This document shows, one piece after another, positions 1-12,915 of a DNA stretch of 64,000 nucleotides. The translations under genes and the position numbers were made by a program. Positions within the stretch are counted from its first letter, which is position 1. Each line of letters starts with the position of its first letter. The notes beneath the pieces were generated by a model, which saw only the letters and a list, made by a program, of their open reading frames with translations, had not been told where the DNA came from and did no database searches. This DNA comes from Hemiscyllium ocellatum. Its lineage: Eukaryota. Location: NCBI RefSeq assembly GCF_020745735.1, contig NC_083405.1, positions 41,878,345 to 41,942,344 on the forward strand, in the 5' to 3' direction.

Positions 1-1341
1 CAGCATCCAAGGAGCAGGAGAATCGACGTTTTGGGCATGAGTCCTTCTTCAGGAATGAGGAGAGTGTGCCAAGCGGGGCGTTGGAAATGCGATCGGTGGA
101 AGGAGGTTAAGGTGAGGGTGATAGGCCGGAGTGGGGGTGGGGGCGGAGAGGTCAGGAAGAAGATTGCAGGTTAGGAAGGTGGTGCTGAGTTTGAAGGTTA
201 GGACAGAGACAAGGTGGGGGGAGGGGAAATGAGGAAACTGGAGAAATCTGAGTTCATCCCTTGTGGTTTGAGGGTTCCTAGGCGGATATGAGGCACTCTT
301 CCTCCAGCCGTCGTATTGCTATGGTCTGGCAATGGAGGAGTCCAAGAACCTGCATGTCCTTAGTGGAGTAGGAGGGGGAGTTAAGTGTTGAGCCACGGGG
401 TTGTTAGGTTGGTTAGTGCGGGTGTCCCAGAGGTGTTCTCTGAAATGTTCCGCAAGTAGGCGGACTGTCTCCCCAATATAGAGGAGGCCACATTGGGTGC
501 AGCGGATGCAGTAAATGATGTGTGTGGAGGTGCAGGTGAATTTGTGGTGGATATGGAAGGATCCCTTGAGGCCTTGTAGGGAAATGAGGGGGGGAGGTGT
601 GGGCGCACATTTTGCACTTTTTGCGGTTGCAGGGGAAGGTGCCGGGGAGTGGAGGTTGGGTTGGTGGGGGGTGTGGACCTGACAAGGGAGTCACGGAGGG
701 AGTGGTCTTTTCAGAACACTAACAGGGGAGGGGAGGGAAATATATCCCCGGTGGTGGGGTCTGTTTGGAGGTGGCGGAAATGACAACGGATGATACGATG
801 TATATGGAGGTTGGTGGAATGGGAGGTGAGTGCCAGTGGCGGTTGGAGAGATGAGGCTCAAGGGCGGAGGAGCGGGAAGTGGAGGAGATGTGGTGGAGAG
901 CATCTCGATCACGTCTGGGAGGAAGTTGCAGTCTTTGAAGAAGGAGGCCATCTGGGTTGTTCGGTATTGGAACTGGTCCTCCTGGGAGCAGATGCGGTGG
1001 AGACGAAGGAATTGGGAATATGGGATGGCATTTTTACAGGGGGCAGAGTGAGAGAGGTGTAGTCTAGGTAGCTGTGGGAGTCAGTCGGTTTATAATAAAT
1101 GTCCGTGTTGATTCGGTTGCCGAGATAGAAATGGAGAGGTGTAGGAAAGGGAGGGAGGAGTCTGAGATGGTCCAGGTAAATTTGAGGTCGGGGTGGAAGG
1201 TGTTGGTAAAGTGGATGAACTGTTCAACCTCTTCTTGGGAGCACGAGGCAGCGCCGATACAGTCATTGATGTAGCGGAGGAAAAGGTGGGGAGTGTAGCT
1301 GTGGAAGATGGACTGTTCCACATATCCTACGAAGAGGCAGG
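1..1341 (-). mobile_element. Penelope-like retroelement (PLE), 5'-truncated and frameshifted: RT C-terminal part, GIY-YIG region and 3' terminus
   Basis: ORF 1064..1321 (FLRYINDCIG...FIHFTNTFHPDLKFT...LPFL) matches PLE RT around the RYxDD motif. ORF 413..694 has the CNRKKCKMC Cys motif of the RT/GIY-YIG linker. A degenerate hammerhead core lies at about 24-54. The element runs off the window start. Confidence 0.9.
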
Positions 1342-2008
1342 CATATCTGCCACAAATTCACCTGCACCTCCAAACACATCATTTTCTGCGTCCGCTGCAC
1401 CCAATGTGGCCTCCTCTATATTGGAGAGACAGGCCGCCTACTTGTGGAACGTTTCAGAGCACCTCTGGGACACCTGCACCAACCAACCCAACCACCCCAT
1501 GGCTCAACACTTCAACTCCCCCTCCCACACCACCAAGGACATGCAGGTCCTTGAACTCCTCCATTGCCAGACTATAGCAACATGACGGCTAGAGGAAGAG
1601 CGCCTCATCTTCCGCCTAGGAACCCTCCAACCACAAGGGATGAACTCAGATTTCTCCAGTTTCCTCATTTCCCCTCCCCCCACCTTGTCTCTGTCCCAAC
1701 CCTCGAACTCAGCACCGCCCTCCTAACCTGCAATCTTCTTCCTGACCTCTCCGCCCCCACCCCCACTCCGGCCTATCACCCGCATCTTAACCTCCTTCCA
1801 CCGATCGCATTTCCAACGCCCCTCCCCCAAGTCCCTCCTCCCTACCTTTTATCTTAGCCTACTTGGCACACTCACCTCATTTCTGAAGAAGGGCTCATGC
1901 CCAAAATGTCGATTCTCCTGCTCCTTGGATGTTGCCTGACCTGCTGCACTTTTCCAGCTACACATTTTCAGCTCTGATCTCCAGCATCTGCAGTCCTCAC
2001 TTTCTCAT
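1342..2008 (+). repeat. Inverted copy (pseudo-LTR) of the 3' end of the adjacent PLE
   Basis: 1342-1935 is the reverse complement of about 1-555, e.g. cacaaattcacctgcacctcc versus ggaggtgcaggtgaatttgtg, and gattctcctgctccttggatg versus catccaaggagcaggagaatc. Confidence 0.9.
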
Positions 2009-2009
2009 T

Positions 2010-3045
2010 AAAGACTCAACCAAATTTGTGAGACACAAATTCCCTCATACAAAACCATGCTGAATATCCCAAATCAGTCTTTACCTCTCCAAATGCATGT
2101 GAATCCGATTTTCAGCATCACCTTCAACAACCTACCCACCACCAATGTAAGACTCAAAGATCAGTAGTTCCCAGGCTTCTCCTTACAGCTTTACTTAAAC
2201 AAACTCACAATATTAGCCACCCTCCCGTCCTCCAGCATGGAATTAATAGATGACACAAATATTTCTGTGAAAGGCCTTGCAACTTCCTCCCTAACCTCCC
2301 ACAATGTCCTGGGATACACTTGGTCAGGTCCTGGATATTTATGCACCTTTTTCTCAGACATCCAGCACTTCTACTTCAAAACATAATGTTTTTTTCCCTG
2401 AATTCTATAGCCTCTGTTTCTTTCTCAACAGTCAAAGTTGACACAAAATATTCATTTAATGTCTCTCCCTCTCCTGAAGTTCAATGCAAAGGCCTCATTG
2501 ACCTTTAAAGGGTCCTACTCTCTCTCTAGTTGCTCTTGATGTACTTGTAGAATCTCTTTGGATTATCCTTAACCTTAGAATTTGTTTAACTATGGCTGAT
2601 TTGTCTCACCTCTTTACCCTCCTGATTGTTTTCTTAAGAATACCCCTACGCAACTTATACCCTTCAAGAGATTCATCTGATTCCAGTTGTCTATATCTAA
2701 TATATGATTCATTTTTTTATTCTTGACTAGCACCCTAATATCTTTATTCATCCATTGTTCCATAATTGTACCAGCCTTACCTCACTCTGACAGGAATATA
2801 ATGCCTCTAAAGTCTCATTATTACACTTTTGAAAGCCTCCCACTTATCAGTCATCCCACTACCTGCAAATAGTCTACTCCAATCAATTTTTGAAAGTACT
2901 TGTCTCATACCATTTAAGTATGCCCCGACTGCAATTAAGAATTTTAATTTTTATGGAAGGCTTATATTTTTCCATAAGTATTGAAACTAATAGAACTGTG
3001 ATCAGGAGGCCCAAAGTGTTCTGCTACGAACACTGCAGTCATTGT
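2010..3045 (-). mobile_element. Decayed CR1-clade LINE ORF2 fragment
   Basis: Reverse complement near 2010-2062 encodes a QHGFV..xCLTNL.E.F-like CR1 RT motif. Upstream sequence parallels the CR1 at 60.5-62.3 kb. Confidence 0.8.
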
Positions 3046-3221
3046 AATGAGTAAACAGCTAATTAAAATAATGATCTTGACAAGTTCAATGCTGTTTAAT
3101 GAATGGTGTGAAATGTGAAGCAGGAAAAGATCTTAGTAAATGATAAAATATCTTGAAACAGAAAAATGGAGAAGCTAATCTGTACATAACTGATCTGCAT
3201 GTGATTGTTGCTGAAACACGT

Positions 3222-3405
3222 ACGACACAGAATTTATAGCAAAACATTACAGTGTCATACATCTTTTGCTGTACACACTGTGTCTTATGATCTTATACTC
3301 CACAGCCACCTGATGAAGGAGCAGCACTCCGAAAGCTAGTGCTTCCAAATAAAACCTATTGGACTATAACCTGGTGTTGTGTGATTTTTAACACCAACAC
3401 CTCCA
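3222..3405 (+). mobile_element. PLE terminal (pLTR) fragment, family with the CTGATGA hammerhead
   Basis: Same sequence as 52560-52667, which is attached to a GIY-YIG remnant, and as 12504-12630 and 54363-54552. Confidence 0.8.
3304..3343 (+). ncRNA. Minimal type I hammerhead ribozyme motif, intact core
   Basis: cac-CTGATGA-a-GGAG(cagca)CTCC-GAAA-GC-TA-gtg: core 3310-3316 and 3331-3334, stem II GGAG/CTCC, palindromic AGCT in place of stem III, stem I cac/gtg. Activity not shown. Confidence 0.75.
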
Positions 3406-3544
3406 AGCAATATCAGAGGAAAGCAGCCATAAAGCCCAAGACCGATGTCAAGAAAAGTAGAGATTGGAAGAAAAGCAGAGAAACACCAGCAGAGGTTTGT
3501 ATCAAAAGGCCTCCCACAGATTGTCTGCAGAAAGGTCTCCTGCA

Positions 3545-5530
3545 ACAAAAGAGGAAATGTGGAAGCAGAGGGTCGTGTTATTAATGATAAATGGACAACT
3601 TTTTTTTATTGTGGAAGTGAAATGGAAACCTATGTGCCTGATTTGAAGAGAAGTAATTTCTGTTATGGAAAAAAAACGCCAGCAAAGAATAACATAACTG
3701 CACAATGCACATCAAAAATGGACCACTTTAAGGATAGGTGCATGCAGATAAAATGAGAACACTTAGAAAGAATTTGGAGGTTCAGCAAACACATTTCAAC
3801 CAGCCAAGAAAGAAGATAGGCAGTGTTACTGAAACCAGTATATGGTGATGGAACAAATCACTAAGTGACTTGGGCTTCATTCAGAGGGGGAGTTTTTAAA
3901 GTTGCATCATTGCGATAGCAACTTTACCGATTCCAGAGTCACGTATTATTTCAAAATATGAGCTTGATTTAGATTCACTACAGTGTGGAAACAGGCCCTT
4001 CGGCCCAACCAGCCCACACCAACCCTCCGAAGGGTAACCCATCCAGACCCATTTCTCTCTGCCTAATACACCTAACACGATGGGCAATTTAACATGGCCA
4101 ATTCACCTAACCTGCACATTTTGTCACTCTGGACCGTATCTGGTCAGATTAGCATGTGGCTCAGGACATTAAAACATCTCTGAAAGACTTTGAAATGATT
4201 TTGAGTTCTACTCTCTGGCTGTTGATAAGAAAAAAACAATTAAACAAGGCGAACTTTGGAATCACAGCAAATTTTGAGGTTAGAAAGGATTTGCTTTCTT
4301 CAACAGCAATGCATGAAACCATCAAAGGGGAAGATACTTTTCAGAGGCTTGCATCAACAGTGCACAAATTTAAGTTATTATTTGAATGATGAAGTCGACT
4401 TACTACTGATGGTGCGCAAAACATTTTTGTATCTCTGAAGGGATTCGTTCTTCTAGCTGAGAAAGAAATAGATTGATTCAACTGTGTTCTGAGTGAGTTG
4501 CTTGTGTGCCACTGCTCCATTCATTAAGGGAATTTGTGCATATAGCTCCTGCGGCCCAGCTGTGTAATGCTGAGTTCACGTCAAATATTAACTTTATTAA
4601 AAGTAAAGCTTTAAAGCAGTCACCAGCTTAAGGAGTTGCTGAAAGACCTTGAATCAGAGCACAGTGATTTAATCTCTTATAATGGAGTAGGATGGCTCAG
4701 GGAAGTGAGGGGGTGGTTGTGGTTGGAATATGCTGATGTAGTTATATGAACTGAGGAACTGATTGAAAATGTTCATGGAGGCAAGGGAAAACTTGTGGCT
4801 GAGCTGGGTGACCACTAGTGGCTGTGTAATCTGGCAATCATGGTCGGCATTACACAGCACCTCTCTGAGCTCAATGTCAAATTGCAAGGGCAAAACCAGC
4901 TTCTTATCTCTTTTCTTTCAAATGTGGTATCGTATGGATCCAAATTAACATTGCCGCAAATGCAGCACAGGCATTTTCCTATTGTTCAGAGACAAAACCC
5001 TGCGACAACAGGGGAATGTACCAGGGAACGTGCAAATTTATTTCAGAAAATACAAATTAAAGACCTGAAAATGAAAGAACAAGTGTCATTCATTTTTGCA
5101 CATGATTCAATATGAAGCTGCTGATATGTCTGAAAACCTTCAACTGGAAATCGTAGAACTGTACAGCAACAGTGAACTGGAGGTCAAATACAGTGACCTG
5201 CTTCTCCTGGAATTCTGCAAACTCCACATAGGTAACTCCAAATTTGATGAAACACTTGCTAACAATTGAATCACTGTTTAGAACTAATACTGCTGTTAGC
5301 AATTCTTTTCAAAATTTTCTCTGGCGCAGACATTTCTTCACTCCAGATTAATAGATGAAAATTTGGAACAGCAGTTGCAAGTAACAACCTCTTCATTGCC
5401 AGTGGACCTAGAAAGCTCAATAAAGCAAAACAACCTCAGCCAATATCCAAACACATGACATTTTTTTTGTGTGTGAGGCCTTCAATTGATTAGGCAGTGA
5501 AAAGAAAAATCATTCATTTCCCCACTACTG
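3545..5530 (+). mobile_element. hAT DNA transposon relic (SPIN/GTF2IRD2-like transposase pseudogene)
   Basis: KRGNVEAEGRVINDKWTTFF resembles the KRKVD.E.R.F...W N-terminus. ORF 4840..5115 has HLSELNVKLQGQNQLL, and TIKGEDTF is also present. Many stops and frameshifts. Confidence 0.8.
3966..4122 (-). mobile_element. HE1-type SINE, 3' half, inserted in the hAT relic
   Basis: Matches the 3' half of the copy at 19165-19482, including the (aatct)n tail. Confidence 0.85.
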
Positions 5531-5599
5531 CTCTGATGGATACATCACCTCCTTGCTTTTGTTTTCTATGCCCCTTTTAATAAAACCCATTCAATAAAT

Positions 5600-6290
5600 G
5601 CTTTTACCAAACTGCTCTCTTTTAACAGTCCCACCATTTCAATGTAATCTGTCCACATGTAAATTCAGGCCCCACTGCTCCTGGACTCCCTTTAGAATTC
5701 TAACCCTATTTTATATGGTCTCCCAGTATTTTCCTGAACAAAGTGCATCAACAACATCTGCATCCATTTGCCTACTTCAACAATTTGTCAATGTCATTTT
5801 CGAGTTCCATACTATCCTCCTCACGGTTTATAATTATTTTCAAGTTTTGTTTCATCAGCTAATTTGGAGATGGTGCCCTGAACCCAAGATTAATATCAAT
5901 AATATATAAGAAGAATTTAGGGGGTGGCTCAATGATTAGCACTGTTGCCTTACAGCACCATGGACCCAGGGTGACTGTCTGCGTGTAGTTTGCATATTCT
6001 CCCTGTGGGCTTCCTCTGGGTACTCTGGCTTCCTCCCACAATCCAAAGATGTGCAGGTTAGGTGGATTAGCCATGGATTTTGTAGGATTATTGGATAGGG
6101 GAATGGGTCTTGATGAGATGCTCTTCGGAAGGTTGGTGTGGGCTTGATGGGTCAAATGGCCTGTGTCCGCACTGTAGGTGTTCTATTATTCAGGAAAACA
6201 AAGGGTCCCAACATTGATATTTGAGGAACTCACTATAATCCTTCATTCAAACCCCCAAAATATCCATTTACCATTATTCTGTTCCCTTAT
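5600..6290 (-). mobile_element. Old CR1 LINE fragment interrupted by a SINE
   Basis: Reverse complement shows KLADETKL-like and GVPQ.S.LGP-like remnants on either side of the SINE. Confidence 0.55.
5921..6186 (+). mobile_element. HE1-type SINE, internally deleted
   Basis: tRNA-like head gggtggctcaatgattagcactg, V-domain-like core and gcctgtgtccgcactgtag tail. Confidence 0.85.
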
Positions 6291-6361
6291 CTTTCTGAAA
6301 AGATGATGGAAGTAGAATCCTTGAATATTTCAAGGCAGGGATGGCTAGATTATTCATAAGG

Positions 6362-6396
6362 GTGTGTGTGTGTGTGTGCGTGTGTGTGTGTGTGTG
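6362..6396. repeat. (GT)n microsatellite
   Basis: Seen directly in the sequence. Confidence 0.95.
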
Positions 6397-6569
6397 AAGG
6401 TTAATCAGAGTGGGCAGGAATGGGGATTTTGGGTTGCAATTATCAGTAATGATTTTAATAAATGGCAGAGCAGGCTAGAGAGGCCCAATGGCATAGCCCC
6501 AGTCCTTGTCTCTCCATCATTTACTCCTTACTCCCCTCTTCTGGATATAAACTGACATTTCCCTAGCTA

Positions 6570-6680
6570 CCATCAGTTCTGAGGAAGGGTCACTGGACAT
6601 GAAACATTAACTCTGATTTCTCTTCACAGATGCTGCCAGACCTGCTGAGCTTTTCCAGCAGTTTCTGTTTTTGTTTCTGG
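6570..6680 (+). mobile_element. Short PLE-derived terminal fragment with degenerate hammerhead core
   Basis: agtt-CTGAGGA-agggtcactggacat-GAAA-catt-aact followed by the gatgctgccagacctgctgag...tccagca tail shared with PLE 3' ends. Confidence 0.6.
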
Positions 6681-8209
6681 TCCTTGTCTGTTTGTCTGTA
6701 GATGGTAAGTAGCTAGATTCTACACCCTTAACTCTATTCCACATTAGAATGAAATAAATAGTGCAAAGTATAACAGTTAGCGATCCTGGGTCTTGGAGAC
6801 TAACCCTCCATCAGTCATCCAATAACACGTTCATCCAGGTCATTGATTATAGATGTGACTACCTTATGTCTTATTTCCAGTGAAATAGGATTAAGGTCAG
6901 GGTTATACCTGGCACTAATTTGAATCCTCATAGATCCCCTGCACTTCTAGGAAAATCATAAAGCCTCAATAAAATTGAAGTTCGTTGCCTTTTTAAAAAG
7001 CTTAGTTACCAGCACATTATGTGCAAACACGAGCCTCTCATGACATGCCAATTGCCCTGATGAACATCTGGTTCCCAACCACCATCCATTCTGATACATT
7101 CCATGTTGAAATTCCAAACTCTCCCAACTCTTATTTCTCATAAAACAGATTTAGACGTTGGTTGCCACTTGCCAGTGGGGTCGGCCCAGAGTATAAACCT
7201 CTGCAAAATTTGGGGAAACTAGGCAGTTTTATTCAGAACTATAGTTCTACGATAATGGAAATGTCGCAGTGACATAGAAGTGGATGGTTTTTTGAAGTTG
7301 GGTTTATTGTTAATATTTAGGTTTGATTAGAGGAAATTTTGCATAACCTTGAGGCTTTGCATAATCTTAAGGTCCTTACTAATGGTACTGCACAGTAGAG
7401 TTAGCAAGTCCGCACCCATGGTGAGGTAGCTAAAAAACAGTGATTGGGTAGATAACTTTCAAATATGGATTGCAGATTCATGGACTTAATAGCTTCCTGT
7501 TACAAAATATCAGCAGATCCTCATGAATTAAATTTATGGATATCTGTGTGTCATCCTTTAAATCTGAGACTATCAAAAAGCAATTATGGAAAGTAATTCC
7601 TGTTAGCTGTCTATAGCTGCTTTTATAATATTCGGAAAAAGGATATTGCATAACATCCTCATGCAACAAATAGTCATGACTGGTGAAATGATTTTACCTT
7701 CCCCAAACTGACTGTTTTTTGTGTTATTTCTGATGAAGTTGAGAAGGGTAACAGCAGCAGAGGAAGTGAATGACAAGGTCATCCTTGTTAATGTTTTCAG
7801 CTTATGTCTGGTGTCAGCCATGAGGGAGTTTTAACATAATGAAATGCGAGAAGTAGAGGGGATTGAGAAGGTCTGATAGCATGTGGGAAACCAAACATAA
7901 GTGCTGTACATCTGTCAGTGTTTTTTTTAAATGCTGCCACTCAATTGGTATCTGACGTCGTGAACTGCAGCTTGCGCAAGTTATGTTGTTGTAAGGACTA
8001 ATGTGTTGGTGAGGATTTGAGAAGAAAAGATGAGGGCTTTGGTATGACAGGCACATGAAGATACAGTTAAATATGATAACCTACATGTAGTAACTTCAAC
8101 TGCTGCATTTAAAGGGACAATGCAAAAATCACTGTTGCTGGCTTCTAGACGGATGACGTGAGGTAGGAGAATAAAAGAGTGAAGTGTTTTATTGGAGTCT
8201 CAATGCGCT

Positions 8210-8420
8210 GACTATGCACCTCACTTCACTCCTTCATTCCTGGGCTTAAAAATGTAAGGTCTGACAGAGAAATACTCTTCCCTATTGATGGGGGGAAGAA
8301 ACATGCCACTGAATGCAGGAAGACATAATTCAAGTCACTCAAGAAATGAGAAGCACAAGTGTGGTACTAAAGGTCTCTGTGCTAACAGCATTTTAATAAT
8401 CTAACCAAAGGTGAGCAGAA
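8210..8420 (+). pseudogene. PIF/Harbinger Myb/SANT-like DNA-binding ORF relic
   Basis: Frameshifted translation APHFT...VRSDREILFPIDG...V..E.RSTSV...FNNLTK followed by a gtgag donor, resembling Harbinger ORF2. Confidence 0.5.
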
Positions 8421-8949
8421 TGGCATGGTCACCTACATTCTGATGTGCTTATCACACCAATCTTCTCATTTATCCTTCTCAGGTCTACTCCAGCTTATCA
8501 GTCCTTACACCAACATAACTTGTAAGTGTGATCACTCCTCTTCATCTATACAAGTGAGACAATAATAGGGAGGAAGAAGGTGCGGGAATGGGCCTCATCG
8601 TTACAGTCTGGTATCAAATGTAGCCTTTCAGGAGATAGTTTTGATTGAAGGGGGAGAAGGATTGTTTTGGGTGAGTGATGTCATGCTGTGTACAGCTGCA
8701 CATTAAACAAACTTTCTAATAATTAGTTAAATGGTTCAAAACCATAGCCCAGCTCCCTCTTACATCATTGGCTCCTCTTTACAAACATTGTCATTACTTC
8801 AATAATCATGGCTCTCATTCATTTGATATTCCTGCAACCCCTGGCTGCGAAGAAGGAGAGCTCTTGCTGTCTAATAACGCAGGCCAAATGAGTAACAGCT
8901 GGCAGGAGCAGAGGGACAGACTATTCTATCAGCACACATCTAGGGAGGG

Positions 8950-9700
8950 CATTGACAAAAACGGGCCCTGCTTCCACAATGCATATATCCACAAGAGCAG
9001 TGCTCAGATAGGCAACGCTAGAAATGTCTGAGGACACCCTGGAATGTAGTTACTAGAAAATGTCAGATTATTTCAGAAAATTTGCAACCCCACAGATCTG
9101 GTTGGAACCTCATGCCAATTGTTCTCAATGTTTCAGTGAAGCACAGTTTCCACGCCAGTTGTGGTACAATGGAAAACTTGTGTGGCATCTCATAGGCTGC
9201 TACCCATAGACGTATCAAAGTGACGCCCAATGATTTATTTTGTCATGCTGATTATTTTCCGCTGATGAAGACAACTAGATCTATCAGGTTACTTGCATTC
9301 AGTGTCATTCACAGTGTTTCCTCAACTGCCAAAGTGGCATTGCCTAACCTCATGGCTGTAAAAAGTTCCCTGGAAACAGCCAGCTGCATTTGGAAATTAA
9401 AAGGGTTTCACTCCATGAATGTACAGCTGGTGTATGACCATAGCGGAAGAAGAGTATTGAAGGTCTTTGCTCATTTTCTAAGGTCATGTCACAACACATA
9501 CATCCTGCACAAATCATAGTTTCTTGGGATTTCTAAAGACCTGGTTGATGGAAGGTAAGGGCTACCTGTTGCATATATAGCTCGTGATATCAGTTAGACA
9601 TTCTCAGAGCATTAGAGATGTCTTGAAGAACCTTCTGAGGATGTCAAACATTTCCAGCAACTCATGGTGACCAACCACAATTGAAGGAGGTTGTGAAGGC
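8950..9700 (+). mobile_element. PIF/Harbinger (HARBI1-like) DDE transposase relic
   Basis: ORF 9220..9519 KGFHSMNVQLVYDH...VFAHFLRSCHNTYIL matches the NRKGFHS.NVQ.VCD...A.FPGS.HD..IL motif. A GKGYLL motif (GDKGYPL-like) lies near 9554. Confidence 0.8.
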
Positions 9701-12503
9701 CACAAGGTATTTAAACACTGACTTATGAGCAATACCCATCACCACATGGCAGAGTCTCCAGTATTGATGAACTTAGCATCTCAGAATCCATCAGTCAGTC
9801 ATCCTCCAACCAGAGGATCTGCTTAAGAGAGACAAATAAGCATTGTTTAATTTCAATTTATGCAACATTTCTGAGATATTCAATGATTTAGTTTGTTTTT
9901 TATGTTATTACAGTTAGTGCTATACATCTATAGTATGATATTTGAACTTTTATATTGGTTTAACTGGGCAAAAAATGACCACCAGAACCTAACTATGACT
10001 TTGATACTGATTCCTATAGGAAACCCTACTTTTTCACTTTTTCTTTGCTTAAAACCATAATTTTTAGGATCAAACCCTAACTTAAAGTGGGGATACTCTA
10101 TTATGAAAGATAATGGAATCTTGACTGAACATTCCATACAAAAACATCTGGAAGGCAGAAAAGTTAATGAAGAGTTGTCAATATGAGCTCTCACCCAAAA
10201 AATGACCAGCAGCTCTGCAGTTCAAGAAGCATCACCAGGAGTGAAGCCACTGTTTAGAATGTAGTGAGTACTGAAGGGGACCAAACTGCAATGGTTTTGA
10301 CATTATGTTCATGGTCTCATTAGGGTCAGGCTGGTAAGCTTTGAAATGAGAGATTAAGAAAGTGAGTAGGCATGGTATGGGGAAGTGGAACAAGAAGGAA
10401 CAGGCAGGGATATCATTCTGTCGGAGGCATCCAATGTGCCCAGAAGAAATATTCCCTTTGCTTGGTCATTACAGTGCCAGGCTTCTCTAGATGGTTTGCA
10501 TATTTGCCTCAGGCAATCCTTTGCCACAGGTAAAGTCCCACTTGCAGCCACTTAAAGGCATTCATTGACCCCATGGTGAGCAGACCAGCCAGTGCCACCC
10601 ATATCACTGTAAACATTGCAACTTGATGACAGTGACACTGTTGGACAGTGACACTGTTAACACCTTCAGGGTATCATAAAATTCAGAGTTTTGAATTCTT
10701 TGGAATAGAAGCTAAAATAATAAAGATGGGATATTTAGTAGCTACGATATATCTGCATTTTCAAAACGCCTTCAGCAAGGTCATGCACCGTGAATGTTTG
10801 AGCTAAGGTCACGTGGAGTCTATTGACACGTAGCAGAATGGATGGCAGCATGGATACAAGACAGAAGCAGAGGAGGTGCTTTATCTTCTGCTTTAGAACA
10901 GTGCTGCTACCTGCACATTGATATATGGTCTGACGTATCTTAGGCTGATGTTGACATACACTGTTACTGACAATGTTTGCTCCATATCTCTAAGTAAAGC
11001 TCTTCATCTCCTTATACACAGTAGCACTCCTTTATTTATGTCTTTACATAGATTACAAAATACCATTCTATAGTGTAGTGTCAAAGACCTTATTCTTGCA
11101 TGTTCAATTTAGACTGATGCCTTCTCTGTTACTGATGTCAACAGTTACATGATCACGATTTACATGAATCTCATTGTTCCGCATCTCCACCTTAATATCT
11201 CTCATGGTTTATATTAGCCAGAGAGTTTCCTTAACTTACTTTCTTAGTCTTGTTAATCATGAAGGTCATTACTAACAGAATTATGACCATTATTAACCAT
11301 CTCCTCTCCCAATTCCAACTCGTTATCAAACTCCTATCACCTCACCAAATTCTAAATCTCAGGTTGTCATGGTCTGGCACTCTGGACATTCAGATCTGGC
11401 TTGTTGGAATTCACACAGTCAACTGCTATTGAATTCAACACTAGGGTGATGTTATTATACTGTGTCTGGAGTATAGTTGTACCATTCTGCACTTCTGTGA
11501 TGTAGAAATAGCTGTCCCATATTCGGGGATTTGGTCACGGTCTCACTTCTTGGCTCAAGTAAGATAATGCCATCCTGTTCTCTTGAACGTCCCTTCAATT
11601 ATTCTGACTGTATATGGTCAAGGTTGATCTATTTCTCTGATAATCATGGCCACTGACCTCCTGTCCTTTAATCAGATTTTATGCCCTGTCTTTAAATTTG
11701 ACAGCATTTTTGCTATGTGTTTAGGGTTGATTCACCTCTGCTGCTTTTTTTTCCTGTGGCTTTCTCAAGTTATTTTATCTTTTTGAGTCTTAAAGGGCTA
11801 AAGTTTGCTTGAGATTGCCTTATAAAAGTGGCACATCAATATGTAACCTCCTGCCCAATAATCTTCCATTACTGTCAAATGTTGAATCCATCTGAGTTAC
11901 CTTTCCAGAATTTATTCTGCTGCATAATATTTCAACTATCCTTTCAAACAGAGTTCCTTGGTCTTTGTGCTCTTTATCAGATTTGTTTAGCTGCACAACT
12001 TTGTACAGGTTTGCGCTCAGTTGATGATAAGTTGTTGACTATTGCCATAGGATAAGACATTGTAGAAGAATAGGATAATCTTTTCCTGCAAAATTTACTG
12101 GTGCCCTTGAAAATGTATCGTCCATTATTTGTGTTTTGTTTGGAACACAGACTATTCCATAATAGTATCTCATCTTTGAATGCACTGAAGCATTTTTGAT
12201 ATTTCTTACAGTCCCAATAACGTTATCAAAAGGTTATGATCTACCTTGTCCTGAAATTTCAGTCTCACAAGGTAGTCTGCAAACATTTCACAACCCCTGC
12301 TAATGCTTCCTTCTTTAGGGTTGCATACTTTAATTTTTGTTAAAGTTCTCAATGTAAAATAGACAAATTTCCACATTCAATCAGTTTGTACTAAAAAAAG
12401 GTCTGATCCCAATCCAGCGGACATTGCACATGCGGCAAAAATCAGGGCGCAAAATCATTCAGTATTGAAAGGAAACAATAAGACCAAATGGGGAAACGTG
12501 ATT

Positions 12504-12630
12504 TGGAGATGCTGGTGTTGGACTGGGATGTACAAAGTTAAAAATCATACAACACCAGGTATAGTCCAACAGGTTTAATTGGAAGCACTAGCTTTCGGAG
12601 CACTGTGGCTTCATCAGGTGATTGTGGAGT
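12504..12630 (-). mobile_element. PLE terminal fragment with hammerhead core; stem II partly disrupted
   Basis: Reverse complement reads cac-CTGATGA-agccacagtgctcc-GAAA-GCTA-gtgcttcc. Same family as 3222-3405. Confidence 0.8.
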
Positions 12631-12654
12631 TACCCTGCCACGCCCCTTAAGAAT

Positions 12655-12915
12655 CCCATATGTTTCAACAAGATCACCTCTCATTCTTCTAAACTCCATT
12701 GAATAGAGTACGAACCTGTTTAACCTTTACTCACAAGGCAATCTCTTGATACCAAGGATCATCCTGGTGAACCTTCTCTGAACTGCCTCCAATAAAATGA
12801 TTTCTTTCCTTAAATAAAGGGAAGAAAATTGCTCACAGTACTCCAGGTGTGGTTTCACCAGCACTTTGTACAGTTGCATTAAGACTTTGCACTCTTAGAC
12901 TCCAATCTCCATAAG
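12655..12915 (-). mobile_element. CR1 LINE 3'-region fragment
   Basis: Reverse complement encodes LEYCEQF...QRRFTRMI.G...R.RGDLVE-like CR1 C-terminal sequence. Confidence 0.7.

Noticed and set aside
10628-10658. Tandem gacagtgacactgtt with an internal palindrome resembling an RSS heptamer
   Set aside because: There is no full CACAGTG with a correctly spaced nonamer and no V or J segment; it is a simple short duplication.
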